Origin: a virus
Direction: 5' to 3' (one strand)
Length of the DNA stretch: 64,000 nucleotides
Virus record (IMG/VR): IMGVR_UViG_3300045051_000172
Coordinates: 1 to 64,000 of that record
Under the pieces are notes generated by a model. The model searched no databases and had not been told where the DNA came from. It worked only from the letters and a program-made list of their open reading frames with translations. Below are positions 25,522 through 36,588 of this stretch, in pieces; positions within the stretch are counted from its first letter, which is position 1, and each line of letters begins with the position of its first letter. The translations under genes and the position numbers were made by a program.

Positions 25522-27254
25522 TGAGTGTTCTTAGCGGATTAGTTGGAGCTGTTCCGAATCTTACCAAAAGCGGAATCCAATCCGAATCTGGAGATGACAA
25601 CAGCGCCTCAGTTAAATCTCAAATTCCTCAATGCCAAGTTATTTGGTTTCCCTGGATTACGCCCGATAGTGACGTGTACCCAACTCCAGACGTTGTTGAT
25701 CCTTCTGACTTATCAAGAACTTCCTCATACGATATTTCCAAACACTTGCTTTCTTGTTCATTCAGCAAAGAAAAATCCCAACCGGCTGGATCTTTCACTC
25801 TCAAATTAGACAATTCTAGGGATTGGAAAGACTTCATTAAGCCAGGTGAATGGATGCTCATTCTTATGACTCAAGACGGGGATCTCTTTAAAGACGATTC
25901 TCAACAAGAGAATATCGCAACCCTCCCGCGCGCGGCAGGCGGAAATGTTGAATTCGTTACAGCCCCGGACAATATTCAAACGGATAAAGTTCGAGGCATC
26001 GTTTATGTGGAACGGGTTGCAGTATCCGTAGATACTGGACCTGATGGTCAATTTATTGCCAATTATGAAATTTCCGGAAAAGATTTTGGAATCATTTATG
26101 AAGCTACTGAACTTTGGTACAGTATTTTCCTAAATGAAATTCCCGTATTAAACGGGCTCCATTCATATCTGAAAGAGCAACCTAATGCTTCCGTTACGAA
26201 CTTGATTGCAATCTCTCATGATTTGTACTTTGGAACAGAGAATCCTTTGCGTCCTTTGACTGCGACATTCAGCAAACAGGTCGATTTGGAAACACAATGG
26301 TTGCTTCCTAAGACCTTGGTAAAGCTCCTGAATCAGAATCCAAATACTGATCCCTATTATGGAAATCTTCCAAATCTATTGAAGCTGGACGATACCCCTG
26401 CAACGATTCCTCTGATTAATCCGATTCCCATGATTGGGAGTACCAATGCTTGGCAGAAACTGAAAGAGTTTTCTTTGGAACCTTTGCATGAGCTTTTTTG
26501 TGAAACCGGCGATGACGGACAAATGCATCTTTATTTCCGAGCAATTCCATGGTCTAAAGACACTTCGGGATATCCGAATCTTAACCACATAAAGAAATTC
26601 CAAGAACTCGCGAATGACGCGAATACTAGCGTTGAGATCTTTCCGAGAGAATTAATCTCTTTGAGCCTTGGAGAAGACAACCATTACCGTTACAATCACT
26701 TCATGTTCATTGCCCAACCTTCATACATTCAAGGCACAACTGACATTACGCAACTTTTGCAACCTACTCCTAAAGGAAGAACTTTTCCTTTGCAAAATAG
26801 ACCCAGTGTTGCGCGTCACGGGTTTCGACCTATGCACGCGAGAATTGATGCGTTCTTCTCTGGATTCACAGACGGCAAGAAAGATGCATTGAAAAACTCC
26901 CCTACTGCGTCGACTCCCTTGACTCAGTTCAATGAAGTCCTCTATGACTATTGGTCCAATTTCGTTTTCTTTGAGAGCGGAAGTTTGACTTTATTTGGAA
27001 ACAACAAAGTCAAAGTTGGTAAAGTGCTCAAGCTTGGAAAAGACTTTCCCTACAATCCTGATTCCTTCTACTACATCGAAGGATATTCGGATGATTTCAC
27101 AGTTGGGGAAAATGGAGCTTCTGAATGGAAGCAAACAGTTTATGTGACTCACGGAGTCGAAGCGTCCGATTTGGACGAAGGAAGTAGAACGTCAGGATTC
27201 AGTAGAAAATCCCGACCGTTCACTAAAGATGGAACATTTATCAAACGAGGATAA
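25521..27254 (+). CDS. baseplate hub protein (gp27/gpD-like)
   Basis: CSFSK...GSFTLKL N-terminus; ESGSLTL...VKVG...YYIEG C-terminus; follows the TMP. Confidence 0.7.
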   Translation: MSVLSGLVGAVPNLTKSGIQSESGDDNSASVKSQIPQCQVIWFPWITPDSDVYPTPDVVDPSDLSRTSSYDISKHLLSCSFSKEKSQPAGSFTLKLDNSRDWKDFIKPGEWMLILMTQDGDLFKDDSQQENIATLPRAAGGNVEFVTAPDNIQTDKVRGIVYVERVAVSVDTGPDGQFIANYEISGKDFGIIYEATELWYSIFLNEIPVLNGLHSYLKEQPNASVTNLIAISHDLYFGTENPLRPLTATFSKQVDLETQWLLPKTLVKLLNQNPNTDPYYGNLPNLLKLDDTPATIPLINPIPMIGSTNAWQKLKEFSLEPLHELFCETGDDGQMHLYFRAIPWSKDTSGYPNLNHIKKFQELANDANTSVEIFPRELISLSLGEDNHYRYNHFMFIAQPSYIQGTTDITQLLQPTPKGRTFPLQNRPSVARHGFRPMHARIDAFFSGFTDGKKDALKNSPTASTPLTQFNEVLYDYWSNFVFFESGSLTLFGNNKVKVGKVLKLGKDFPYNPDSFYYIEGYSDDFTVGENGASEWKQTVYVTHGVEASDLDEGSRTSGFSRKSRPFTKDGTFIKRG

Positions 27255-27284
27255 AGTTAATTATAAAAACCCATAATTAAGGTT

Positions 27285-28217
27285 ATGGGCCTAAGGTTTA
27301 ATATGCAAAACGACGACGGATCATACGAATCATCAAATCTTCCCTCTCGCGACCGAGTAAGCTTCGACCGCGACTTCGGAATTTACAAGTGTATGGTCAC
27401 TAAAGCTCTCTTTGTGGATGACAAGGAAAATATCAGCAAGGATGCTGCGGATTCCACTCCCGAAGTTACTTATGAAGCGATCATAATCGGCGGGCCTCGA
27501 TCTGGACAAGTTTTGACTAATGTTCGCGATTGTAGCTTTTTGGGCGGAGAAACCAATTATTCTGAGAAAACTTGGAAACCAAGCTCTACTCCCAATTTCG
27601 CGCGCAAAGGCGGAAAACCTCTCTCCCAACAAGATGGAGATTGTGTTTATATTCAATTTCAAGGTGGAAACCTTTCCTATCCAATCATCATTGGAGGCGC
27701 TCCTCAGTACAAAAATAAAACGAAGACGGGCACTAAAAAGGCCGATGCTCCTCGTCTTTTGTTTGAGTACAATGGCGTCAATGTTTTGATTGACAACAAG
27801 GGTCAACTGTTAGTTACGCGCAAGGGTGGAACTGCCAAAGACGGCGGCTTTACTCCTGGAACTTCTTTCGAAACAAAAGTTCATTTCTTAGAAAAATCAG
27901 TAGTTTTAGAAGATAAAAATGGAAACAAAATCACCATTGATTCAGAGTCTAAGAAAATCAGCGTAGTAGCTCCAGAGCAATTCGAATTGACCAGCAAAGT
28001 CATAAAGCTCATGGCAGACAACTCCTTTACACTTGAAACTCAAACTGTTAATATTTCAGCAGGAAGTGTAGTAAATATTGATGCACCTCAAGTCCTTTTA
28101 GGCGGAGGAGGTCCTGGAGTGGCTCGTTTAGGAGATACTGCAATTGGATCAGGAAACCATGGCGCTCCAGTCGTAAGTACAATCATTCAAGGATCTTTCG
28201 TAGTGAAAGCGGGATAA
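27285..28217 (+). CDS. baseplate central spike (gpV/gp5-like) with PAAR-like tip
   Basis: OB-fold (DGDCVYIQFQGG..YPIIIG), beta-helix repeats, C-terminal VARLGD..G.G.H. Confidence 0.75.
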   Translation: MGLRFNMQNDDGSYESSNLPSRDRVSFDRDFGIYKCMVTKALFVDDKENISKDAADSTPEVTYEAIIIGGPRSGQVLTNVRDCSFLGGETNYSEKTWKPSSTPNFARKGGKPLSQQDGDCVYIQFQGGNLSYPIIIGGAPQYKNKTKTGTKKADAPRLLFEYNGVNVLIDNKGQLLVTRKGGTAKDGGFTPGTSFETKVHFLEKSVVLEDKNGNKITIDSESKKISVVAPEQFELTSKVIKLMADNSFTLETQTVNISAGSVVNIDAPQVLLGGGGPGVARLGDTAIGSGNHGAPVVSTIIQGSFVVKAG

Positions 28218-28218
28218 T

Positions 28219-29658
28219 ATGCCGATTGTTTTTAATGCTGCAGAAAGAAAAACTATCTCCCTTCAAGTTGTGCAATTGCCCCAACAAGCTGCAGATGCTG
28301 AAGCTTTCAAAGATCAGTTGGATGATGTGAAGGATGAATTACTCCAGCAAGATGCCGACATCAAAAAGTTTTATGATTTTTTCAATAGTTCAGTTGAGGG
28401 ATATCAAACCGAGCGACAAGGAATAAACGGAGTCACTTCGACTACCGTTCAAGAATCTGACATTCAAGAATCTGCAAAACGCTCAGTAGGAAATTTATAT
28501 TTCCCTTCTAGTGAGAGTTTCACCTGGACTAAATTCCAACCTTATGTTGACCCAAATAGTGACCTGAAAGGGCTCCCAAACGGGTCAACTTCTGACTGGG
28601 AATTGAAGACAATCAGTACAAATTTGGACTCAGATTTAGGAATTGAGGCCCTATTCTTATTGCTTAAAAACGGTCAGGCAGGCGCAGCGGCTGATACGGG
28701 AAGTTTGTCCGGAGGCGTTCTTACTGCGACTTTAGGTGGACAAGTAATCGGGTCACTCGCTTTCATCACTTCGACCCTGGTTCGAATCAATTCCGCCGGT
28801 ATGGCTCCGATGACTTTCAACGTAACTGTCATCCTGGGACCCAGCTCCAACTCAGGCGCGATCATTAACGCACTTCCCGCACACGATAATGCTCAAAGAA
28901 ATACTCTTACCAGTTCCGTACCTGCATATACGAATTTACTCGCGAATGAAATCATCATTCGAATCGGAGATTGGGAAGCTTTTTTAAACACTCAACTCGC
29001 AGCCTTGAACTCGAATGAAGACGATAGATCTCCGCAAGCGGCTGAAATCGCGGCGGCAAAAGCCGACATTATCAATGCGAAAAACATCATTGATACTTGG
29101 CAAGCTCTCCCTTTGACCGGATCGAGCGGCACAGATTCTAAGTTTGTGGATCTTAACTTCGGCAATATTGAAGCCGAAATTACAGCTCGGCAGGCCTTTA
29201 CATCCACAAGGTTAACTCAGATTGCGACGGGACTGGGTTCAATCAGTCAAGCTGGGGACGGGACTGTTTCTGGCTCCGGGGTCTATAAACTTCGCTATGA
29301 CCAGCTCAATAATCGGATAAACCTAACGGGCGGGCCCCTGAGCGCTTACTGGCAGAAGAGTATGGCCTCGGATGCTCTCCAGGCGATTTCCGACACTAAG
29401 AACTCTCAATTGGATACTTTCACATCCAAAATGAAGGCAACCTCCCTGACCTCGAATTCCAAAGGAACTCAACAGATTGAAGTCACTTCTACCGCCGATT
29501 TTTCTCCTTCTCAGACCGTTTACATCGTTTCAGAGACAGTGGCCGAGATTACGGGCACCGTTGCCTCAATTGACGGGCCGACTAAGATGACTCTGAATTT
29601 CATCGTTCCGGACACCTTTAAGACTGCCGACAAGGCTCGAATTCTTCGAATTGTCTAA
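28219..29658 (+). CDS. virion structural protein (baseplate region)
   Basis: 479 aa within the baseplate operon. Confidence 0.6.
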   Translation: MPIVFNAAERKTISLQVVQLPQQAADAEAFKDQLDDVKDELLQQDADIKKFYDFFNSSVEGYQTERQGINGVTSTTVQESDIQESAKRSVGNLYFPSSESFTWTKFQPYVDPNSDLKGLPNGSTSDWELKTISTNLDSDLGIEALFLLLKNGQAGAAADTGSLSGGVLTATLGGQVIGSLAFITSTLVRINSAGMAPMTFNVTVILGPSSNSGAIINALPAHDNAQRNTLTSSVPAYTNLLANEIIIRIGDWEAFLNTQLAALNSNEDDRSPQAAEIAAAKADIINAKNIIDTWQALPLTGSSGTDSKFVDLNFGNIEAEITARQAFTSTRLTQIATGLGSISQAGDGTVSGSGVYKLRYDQLNNRINLTGGPLSAYWQKSMASDALQAISDTKNSQLDTFTSKMKATSLTSNSKGTQQIEVTSTADFSPSQTVYIVSETVAEITGTVASIDGPTKMTLNFIVPDTFKTADKARILRIV

Positions 29659-29726
29659 CCTCAGGTCTTTTAATGAAGACCCTCTGGGAATGATAAACTA
29701 TTCATAGATTTAAAAGGAGATTGTAA

Positions 29727-31844
29727 GTGGCATTTTCAGGTCTCGGATCTTTGGTCCAAAACATTCAAAACGCAGTCAGCGGGATCGCAAATCTCTTCGT
29801 AAAATCCAATGGAACTCAGTTATATCCCAAAGAAGCCGGTATTGCTAAGGTTTTAGCATTCAAGGGCGAATCCAAGGATATGGAGCCTAATTGGAATAAA
29901 AGCTATGCCTATACATTCGCAGTCGTAGATATCACTGGAAATCAGACTGGCCCCTTTCAGGAATTTCCCTTACCTTTGAATCCCTCTGAAATTGTTCAAG
30001 ACGAGAATTTTTCGATCATGATTACGCCAACTCAAGGCGGAACTGTCGTTAATCACTCGGGAAATCGATACAAAGATTTGGCAATTTCCGGAACTACTGG
30101 AATTTCTGCTTTCCGAGGCGCAGGCGGAGTTCGCTCCAGCACGGGAAAAGCGATTGCCCAACCGGATGATTTGAAGCATTCTTCAGGACATTTGGTTTTT
30201 ATTCAACTCAGAAACTGGTTTCGAGCATATTACGAATTCAAAAAACAAGGCACAGAGCAAGCGAAAAACGCTCAACTCGTATTCAAAAATTTCAAAGACG
30301 GTGAGTTTTTAATCATCGAAGTTCCGAAATTCTCCATGAAGAGATCCTCGACTTCCCCGTTCTTATATAACTACACGATCAATGCAAGAGTGCTCGGAAA
30401 TCTCGAACCTCAGAAATTTCAACGCAATGCCGGATTTTTCGCTTTCGTTGATGAAATTGACGATGTCCTCGAAACGGCCATCGACTACATTGACACCGCT
30501 CGTGGAGTATTCCTTCGTACTCAAGATATTCTCAAACAAGTCGAATCTACTTATGACAGCGTTCTCTTGGAACCTCTGAGAAAGACGGCTCTTGCAATTA
30601 AAGCTTTCCTTGGAATCCAAACTACTGCTGCCGATCTCGGTCCTAAATTGATTCAAAATACAATGACGACTAAGGATACGATCAACATCATTCTCGGAAT
30701 TAAAACCGAACAAGATGCGAAAAAGAACAAAGGAACTCTTGATCCTCGTTTGGCTCAAGTAGTGATTCCAACCAACCCAGACAGAGTTATCGGAGAAGCC
30801 GGTCCTTCCTTTTTAACCAACCTTCCCGGAGACTCCCTCATGGCACTTGGATCTTCTACCTTGCCTTTGAAGTCCCAAGATGCTCTTAAGCAAGATCAAC
30901 AAGACGCTCTGAACCTTCCCCGAACCTTCTTTGAAGATCTCAAAGCGGAATTGATTCGGGTTCAAGATAACGCGGCGGATTTCTTCAATTTGAATGATCC
31001 TTCTTACGATGCTCAATTCGAACGTATTCCTACCTTGGAACCGGATTCGACCAAGAACATCACAGACATTGAATATGAACTTTTGGGCGCATTCGATAAC
31101 GCGATCAAAGGAATTGATTTCCTTTTGAGTACGAATGCACTCTTCAAAAGTTCCTACCCTGAGAGAATTGAAGATATAAATAATCACTTCAACGATCAAC
31201 TTTCAATTCGAGCCGACCAGGCAGTGAAAGAGATCATTCTTCCTGGACAAACCTCCCTGGAACGGTTAGCCTTAAATGAACTCGGAGACAACAATCGATG
31301 GGTCGAAATCGTTGAATTGAATCGACTTAAACCTCCGTATATCAGCGCTGATCCACAAGAAAGTCGTGAAGGCGTTAGAAAACCTGGAGATAAAATTTTG
31401 ATTCCTCAACCTATCATTTTTGGATTTTCGACGGCCCCAGTGAACAAAGACAGTTTTGTGACCCAAGGTTTGACCGAAGTAGAAAAGAATTTAGGGATCG
31501 ATTTGAAGCTAACTGATGAATTTGACTTGGAATTAAGCAACCGAGGCGACATCAATTTGGTAAAAGGTGCAGCGAACGCCGCCCAAGCAATCGTATTTAA
31601 GCTGGGACTTGAGAAAGGCGAAATTATCGACCATCCTCAACTCGGCATCGGTTTAACTGTGGGTAGAAAGGCTCCTCCTTTAGTTGAAGTCCAAACGGAT
31701 TTAGTGCAGACCCTCAGCCAAGACCCTCGCTTTGAGCGAATTGAAAATTTAACGATTCAACGAGATGGCAATACTTTTAGGGTCAAATTCCTAATAAAAA
31801 TCAAAAATGTCGACATTCCAATCCCTGTCGATATCAAGGTTTAA
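29727..31844 (+). CDS. multidomain baseplate protein: tube-initiator-like, LysM-like and gp25-like domains
   Basis: FPLPLNPSEI N-domain; PGQTSLERLAL.ELG...W..I.ELN (LysM-like); DLKL...GDINLVKG...QDPRFERI (gp25-like). Confidence 0.65.
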   Translation: MAFSGLGSLVQNIQNAVSGIANLFVKSNGTQLYPKEAGIAKVLAFKGESKDMEPNWNKSYAYTFAVVDITGNQTGPFQEFPLPLNPSEIVQDENFSIMITPTQGGTVVNHSGNRYKDLAISGTTGISAFRGAGGVRSSTGKAIAQPDDLKHSSGHLVFIQLRNWFRAYYEFKKQGTEQAKNAQLVFKNFKDGEFLIIEVPKFSMKRSSTSPFLYNYTINARVLGNLEPQKFQRNAGFFAFVDEIDDVLETAIDYIDTARGVFLRTQDILKQVESTYDSVLLEPLRKTALAIKAFLGIQTTAADLGPKLIQNTMTTKDTINIILGIKTEQDAKKNKGTLDPRLAQVVIPTNPDRVIGEAGPSFLTNLPGDSLMALGSSTLPLKSQDALKQDQQDALNLPRTFFEDLKAELIRVQDNAADFFNLNDPSYDAQFERIPTLEPDSTKNITDIEYELLGAFDNAIKGIDFLLSTNALFKSSYPERIEDINNHFNDQLSIRADQAVKEIILPGQTSLERLALNELGDNNRWVEIVELNRLKPPYISADPQESREGVRKPGDKILIPQPIIFGFSTAPVNKDSFVTQGLTEVEKNLGIDLKLTDEFDLELSNRGDINLVKGAANAAQAIVFKLGLEKGEIIDHPQLGIGLTVGRKAPPLVEVQTDLVQTLSQDPRFERIENLTIQRDGNTFRVKFLIKIKNVDIPIPVDIKV

Positions 31845-31868
31845 GGGTATAATGAGGCGAGATTAGAT

Positions 31869-34800
31869 ATGGCAACACTTACTTTAAAATCCAAAAACCA
31901 GATCCTTTCGGCCATGATTGCCAAGCTCCTTACGGAGACGGGTTTGAATGACATTAATCCAGGATCGGTCGTTTTGACCCTTTTGCAACTTGCTGCTACG
32001 GAAGATTTTCAACAATACGTTCAAATGTTGAACGTGATTCGAAATTACAATCTGGACACTACGACTGGTCAGGATTTAGATACCAGGGCTTTTGAATACG
32101 GGCTCACCCGACAACAAGCCATTTCTGCGACAGGTAAAGTGGACATTCTCCGACCTGTTGGATTTGTAAAAGTTTCGACTTCTCTTTATCCAGGATTCCC
32201 AGCTCCTCTCGCGGGCGACACTGTTCTTCGCGTGAACGACGCTTCGAACATTCTTTATGGAACTTCTGGCACTTTGATTATTGGTCGAGGAACTGCAAAC
32301 GAAGAAGAAGTCACCTACTCTGTCGCTCCCGTAGACAATACGAACTACTGGGAATTTACAGTTTCTGCTTTCTCAAATGACCATACTTTGGACGATACCG
32401 TCATCCTGAAACAAGGCGTAGACGAAGTAATTCCCGCTGGAACCGTGATTATCGTTCCAGGAACTTCTAACTCCCCAGAGATTTCCTTCACGGTAAATCA
32501 AGATACAACTCTTCTGGCTGGAGAAGAAGAAGCGACTGATGTCGAAGTCACCGCTACGACTGCTGGCACGATAGGTAATATTCCAATTCAAGCTATTGAC
32601 GGAGAAGAAGCCTTTTCTTCAGCTCCCTTTTCCGGAGCACGCGCGATCAACAACTCTAAGTTCACCACAGGTAAAGACTTAGAAACTGACGACGAACTTC
32701 GAGACAGAATTAAAAATGCAATTCAATCCCTCTCCCGAGGTACAGCTACCGCAGTCAAAAATGCGATTGTCGGTGCTCTCGATGAAGAAACTGCAAAACG
32801 GGTCGTTTCGGCAAACTTAATCGAGCCCTCAAATTTGCAAGATCCAGTCAAAATTTATATCGACGACGGTACAGGATTTGAGCCATCTTTTGAATCTCAA
32901 GGATTCGAAACTATTCTTTTGAATTCAACCGGAGGCGAAGAACGAGTTCAACTCGATTTGTTTCCTCTTGTTAAAGCTCAAATCGAAACTACAGCTTTTG
33001 AACCTTACGATATGTCAGCCGGTTCCTTAACTCTTACTTACTCTGTAGGCTTGGCAACTGAAACAATCACTTTCGTTCCTCAGGATTTTGAATTCCCAAA
33101 TGCCGCAACTGCGGAAGAAATCGTTGCCTTAATTAACGACAAAGCTACAATAATTGAAGCTAGAACTTCCCAAGTAGGCAAAAAGGTCGTAATCCAAGCG
33201 ATGGATGATACGAACGAAGATATTCAAGTCACAAGCGGAACCGCGAATGCGAAACTTCTTTTCCCAACGGACAAGAAATCGACGCTGTTCCTTTATGTGG
33301 ATGATGTTCTTCAATCCAAAGACGGAGTTACTGCCTTTGTTGATTCCATTTCTGAAAGTTATAATTTCTCAGGTTTAGGCGCGGGTCCTTGGCCCCTTAC
33401 CGTAGTTGTTGACGGTAAGGTCGCCAATACTGCGACCGTTAACTTCGTTTCCGGAGACTTTGCTCTTCCCGCTGCTGCGACTGCCGAAGAAGTGGCGATT
33501 GCGATCAATGCCCGACTTCCTGGAGCAATGGCAACTGTCATAGAAAACGGAACCAAAGTTCGAATTGCCTCGAACACGGAATTATCCTCTTCCAGCAAAA
33601 TTCAAGTAACTGGCGGATCAGCCAATGGGGTTCTTGGATTTTCAACCTCACTAGTTACGGGTCAAGACAAGGATTACACCCTCAATCGAGAACTTGGACA
33701 AATTAGCTTCAACACTCCTTTGACTGCAAATCAACAAGTGACTGCGGGATCTCAATACACTAGAGCAAAGTTCAGAACAGCTTCCGCAGAATTTTATACA
33801 ATTACTGCGGCTCAAACTTTAGTTGTAACAATCGACGGCGGCTCACCTCAAACGATTACGTTCCCCTCAAGTGGAACCTTTAGCGCACAACAAGTTGCTG
33901 ATTTAATCAACGCTCAATTGATTGGTGGAACAGCTTACGTTCGAGAAGTGGGAACTGACAATTATTTAGAAGTTAGCACGAATACTTATACAGATGGGGC
34001 CGGAACTATTTTAATCAGCTCGTCTTCAAGTGCAGTAGCCTTGGATTTCCCTTATAATCAAACCGCAACTAACCAAAGACCTCACCGGGCATTTAGAATC
34101 AGCACTATTAGCGGACCCTATGCTTTCGTTGAAGGAGACAACTTAGTTGTTGTAATCGATGACGATCCTGCCACAAAGACTTTTAATATTATCTTGGATT
34201 TCGATGGTTCCGTGACCGCTGCTGGATCAGGTACGGTATTTACGAATGCCGTGTACAATACGATTTTCTTGACCAACAATATCCTCAATGGATTCTATGT
34301 TGTAATGAAAACTGGGCCAAATACGACTACCGGAAATATCTCTGACGTGACTATACCAGTCCCCGGTACAACGAGATTCATCTTCTCGACTCTTCCTACT
34401 GGATTAGCAAACTATGCCGCAGGAGATCATGTGAGTATTTCCGGCTTGACCAATTTGGATAATAATGGAAACTTTTTAATCACGGCAGTCAACACTGCAG
34501 GCAGCGGATACATTGAAGTTTCAAACTCAAATGGAGTTGCGGAAACCCTCGCTTCTGGAACTGCAGATTTAGGTCAACGAAGACAAGTTTCGGCTTACAA
34601 CGCCTCAACGGGACAGATCACGGTATCTTCTACCTTCAGTTCCTCCCCTGCAGTTGGCAATCAATTCATCATTCTTCCATCAACTTTGAAAAATGTCGTT
34701 GATTATATGAACAATGAAAAGATCACGAGTATCTCTCGAAGAGCCTATGTTGAAGAGGCCTCGAACAATACTCAACTTCAAATTTCTTCTAAATCTGAAG

Positions 34801-35273
34801 GATCTGATGGATATGTTCAAGTTACCGGGGGATCTGCAAATCTTAAGTTCGGATTCTCAACTACCTTGATTCAAGGACTTCAAGGATACAACTATTTCAC
34901 GGGCTTGCTCAAGCTTGTACACAAAATTGTGTACGGGGATGACACTGACCGAGTGACCTATCCTGGATTCGGAGCTGCCGGAGTTACTTTCCAAATTCTC
35001 GCACCAACAGTTAAAGAAGTCGCAGTAAATGTGAACGTAACTCTTAAAGAAGGAGTTTCCATCAGTAGTGTTGAAGAAGATCTTAAGTCTGAAATTTCTG
35101 CCTATGTAAACGGCCTTGGAGTAGGAGAGGACGTAATCGTCTCTGAAATTATTGATCGAGTCATGGGCGTAGACAATATCATTGATGTGGAGGTTATTGA
35201 ACCTGCTGCGAATATTGCGATTCAAGACAACGAAATTTCTCGAACTAAGAGCAGCCTGATCTTGATCGGATAA
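31869..35273 (+). CDS. baseplate J-like wedge protein with large internal insertion
   Basis: INPGSVVLTLL, GQDLD..A.EYGLTR, GKDLETDDELRDRI, RGTATAV, VKIYIDDG; C-terminal YVNGLGVGEDV. Confidence 0.88.
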   Translation: MATLTLKSKNQILSAMIAKLLTETGLNDINPGSVVLTLLQLAATEDFQQYVQMLNVIRNYNLDTTTGQDLDTRAFEYGLTRQQAISATGKVDILRPVGFVKVSTSLYPGFPAPLAGDTVLRVNDASNILYGTSGTLIIGRGTANEEEVTYSVAPVDNTNYWEFTVSAFSNDHTLDDTVILKQGVDEVIPAGTVIIVPGTSNSPEISFTVNQDTTLLAGEEEATDVEVTATTAGTIGNIPIQAIDGEEAFSSAPFSGARAINNSKFTTGKDLETDDELRDRIKNAIQSLSRGTATAVKNAIVGALDEETAKRVVSANLIEPSNLQDPVKIYIDDGTGFEPSFESQGFETILLNSTGGEERVQLDLFPLVKAQIETTAFEPYDMSAGSLTLTYSVGLATETITFVPQDFEFPNAATAEEIVALINDKATIIEARTSQVGKKVVIQAMDDTNEDIQVTSGTANAKLLFPTDKKSTLFLYVDDVLQSKDGVTAFVDSISESYNFSGLGAGPWPLTVVVDGKVANTATVNFVSGDFALPAAATAEEVAIAINARLPGAMATVIENGTKVRIASNTELSSSSKIQVTGGSANGVLGFSTSLVTGQDKDYTLNRELGQISFNTPLTANQQVTAGSQYTRAKFRTASAEFYTITAAQTLVVTIDGGSPQTITFPSSGTFSAQQVADLINAQLIGGTAYVREVGTDNYLEVSTNTYTDGAGTILISSSSSAVALDFPYNQTATNQRPHRAFRISTISGPYAFVEGDNLVVVIDDDPATKTFNIILDFDGSVTAAGSGTVFTNAVYNTIFLTNNILNGFYVVMKTGPNTTTGNISDVTIPVPGTTRFIFSTLPTGLANYAAGDHVSISGLTNLDNNGNFLITAVNTAGSGYIEVSNSNGVAETLASGTADLGQRRQVSAYNASTGQITVSSTFSSSPAVGNQFIILPSTLKNVVDYMNNEKITSISRRAYVEEASNNTQLQISSKSEGSDGYVQVTGGSANLKFGFSTTLIQGLQGYNYFTGLLKLVHKIVYGDDTDRVTYPGFGAAGVTFQILAPTVKEVAVNVNVTLKEGVSISSVEEDLKSEISAYVNGLGVGEDVIVSEIIDRVMGVDNIIDVEVIEPAANIAIQDNEISRTKSSLILIG

Positions 35274-35283
35274 TGAGGCTTAA

Positions 35284-36588
35284 ATGAGTGACAAAGTTGA
35301 ACGATATTTTCTTAACGCTCCAAGGATTATAAACGCCCGTTTCAATCCTATCGTCAAAGCTCTCTTTGAAGCTTGGGCTATTTCAGATGAAAATATCGTA
35401 GAAGAAATCAAAAATACGAAAGATCAAATCTTCGTAAGAACAGCCTCCGGACAATACCTGGATCGTTTAGCTTCTGGGTTGGGAGTTTCTCGTCCAGCCT
35501 CTTTGGGTCTTTTAGATTCAGATTTCCAAGAACTGATCCCTAACCTTTCTTTAAAGGCCAAACAAGTTCGTCAAATTTTCTACGACACCATGGACGTGTT
35601 TTGGGGTCCTTTATTCTCTCGCGCGAATGTGACCTCACTTAATTTTGAACCATTCAACGTCATAATTGGAGACAAACTCCAAGTAACGATAAACCATTCC
35701 ATCACTGAAGAAGTTGAAGCTTTGCCAGGAGATATTGCTATCTCAGGGGCAGCTACTGCAGAAGAATTGGCAGCCATTTTCTCCCGTCTAAAAAATGCAA
35801 CTCCTTCAGTTATTGAAGATCAAATCAGCGGAAACAAATTCATAAATCTGCGCACAAACACTCCTGGATCACGAGGTTCAATTGAAGTTCTCTCAAGTTC
35901 CATGGTCGGGGGCGCAAAAGTAGACTTTCCTTTAGAAGAAGTGGATATCTTGGATTTGGATCAAAGAACGGTTGTTTATGAAATCACCCACAGGGAGTTG
36001 ATTATCGAGATCCCAGCTTTCGTTCCAACTCTTCGAAGAATTTTAAGAGGGTCTCACCATTTTCATCAAGACGAGACTTTGGAAGCCCCAATTCCTCCGA
36101 ATAACGGAGTTTGGGCTGGAAGTTTCCTCTTCAATCCAGGCGGATCAGCATTCAGCCTCACCGGCCAAAAGACGACGATCTCTGAGAATTTAGAAGCAGG
36201 AAGCGTTTATACCAAGGTAACTGTGGCCTCCGGAAACAATATTCCCGACGAAAAAGGGTTCATTATGTTCGATTTCGGTCGATCAACCCAAGAGTTTCCA
36301 GTACCCTATATCGCGCGCCCGAACAATAATACGATCCTCTTAGACCCCTCCTATGTGTTTCAAAAGACTCACTTAAGCGGGGCTTCGATCAATTTTATCG
36401 AAGATAGACAAGCCTACAAGCCCCGGACGACTGGAGCGGACCTTCCGATCTATTTTACGTCCCCCGTGAGCGCTCGAACGATTGTTCAGGGATTGCTTGA
36501 AACCTTGGCCGCTGCCGGGGTAGTTGTTGTGTTTAAGATCCTACTTCCGAAATACAAATATTTGGTCGAGAATCCCTATGCGGAATAA
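35284..36588 (+). CDS. baseplate wedge protein (gp7/gpI-like)
   Basis: TASGQYLDRLASGLGVSRP; ends LAAAGVVV; follows the J-like gene. Confidence 0.7.
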   Translation: MSDKVERYFLNAPRIINARFNPIVKALFEAWAISDENIVEEIKNTKDQIFVRTASGQYLDRLASGLGVSRPASLGLLDSDFQELIPNLSLKAKQVRQIFYDTMDVFWGPLFSRANVTSLNFEPFNVIIGDKLQVTINHSITEEVEALPGDIAISGAATAEELAAIFSRLKNATPSVIEDQISGNKFINLRTNTPGSRGSIEVLSSSMVGGAKVDFPLEEVDILDLDQRTVVYEITHRELIIEIPAFVPTLRRILRGSHHFHQDETLEAPIPPNNGVWAGSFLFNPGGSAFSLTGQKTTISENLEAGSVYTKVTVASGNNIPDEKGFIMFDFGRSTQEFPVPYIARPNNNTILLDPSYVFQKTHLSGASINFIEDRQAYKPRTTGADLPIYFTSPVSARTIVQGLLETLAAAGVVVVFKILLPKYKYLVENPYAE

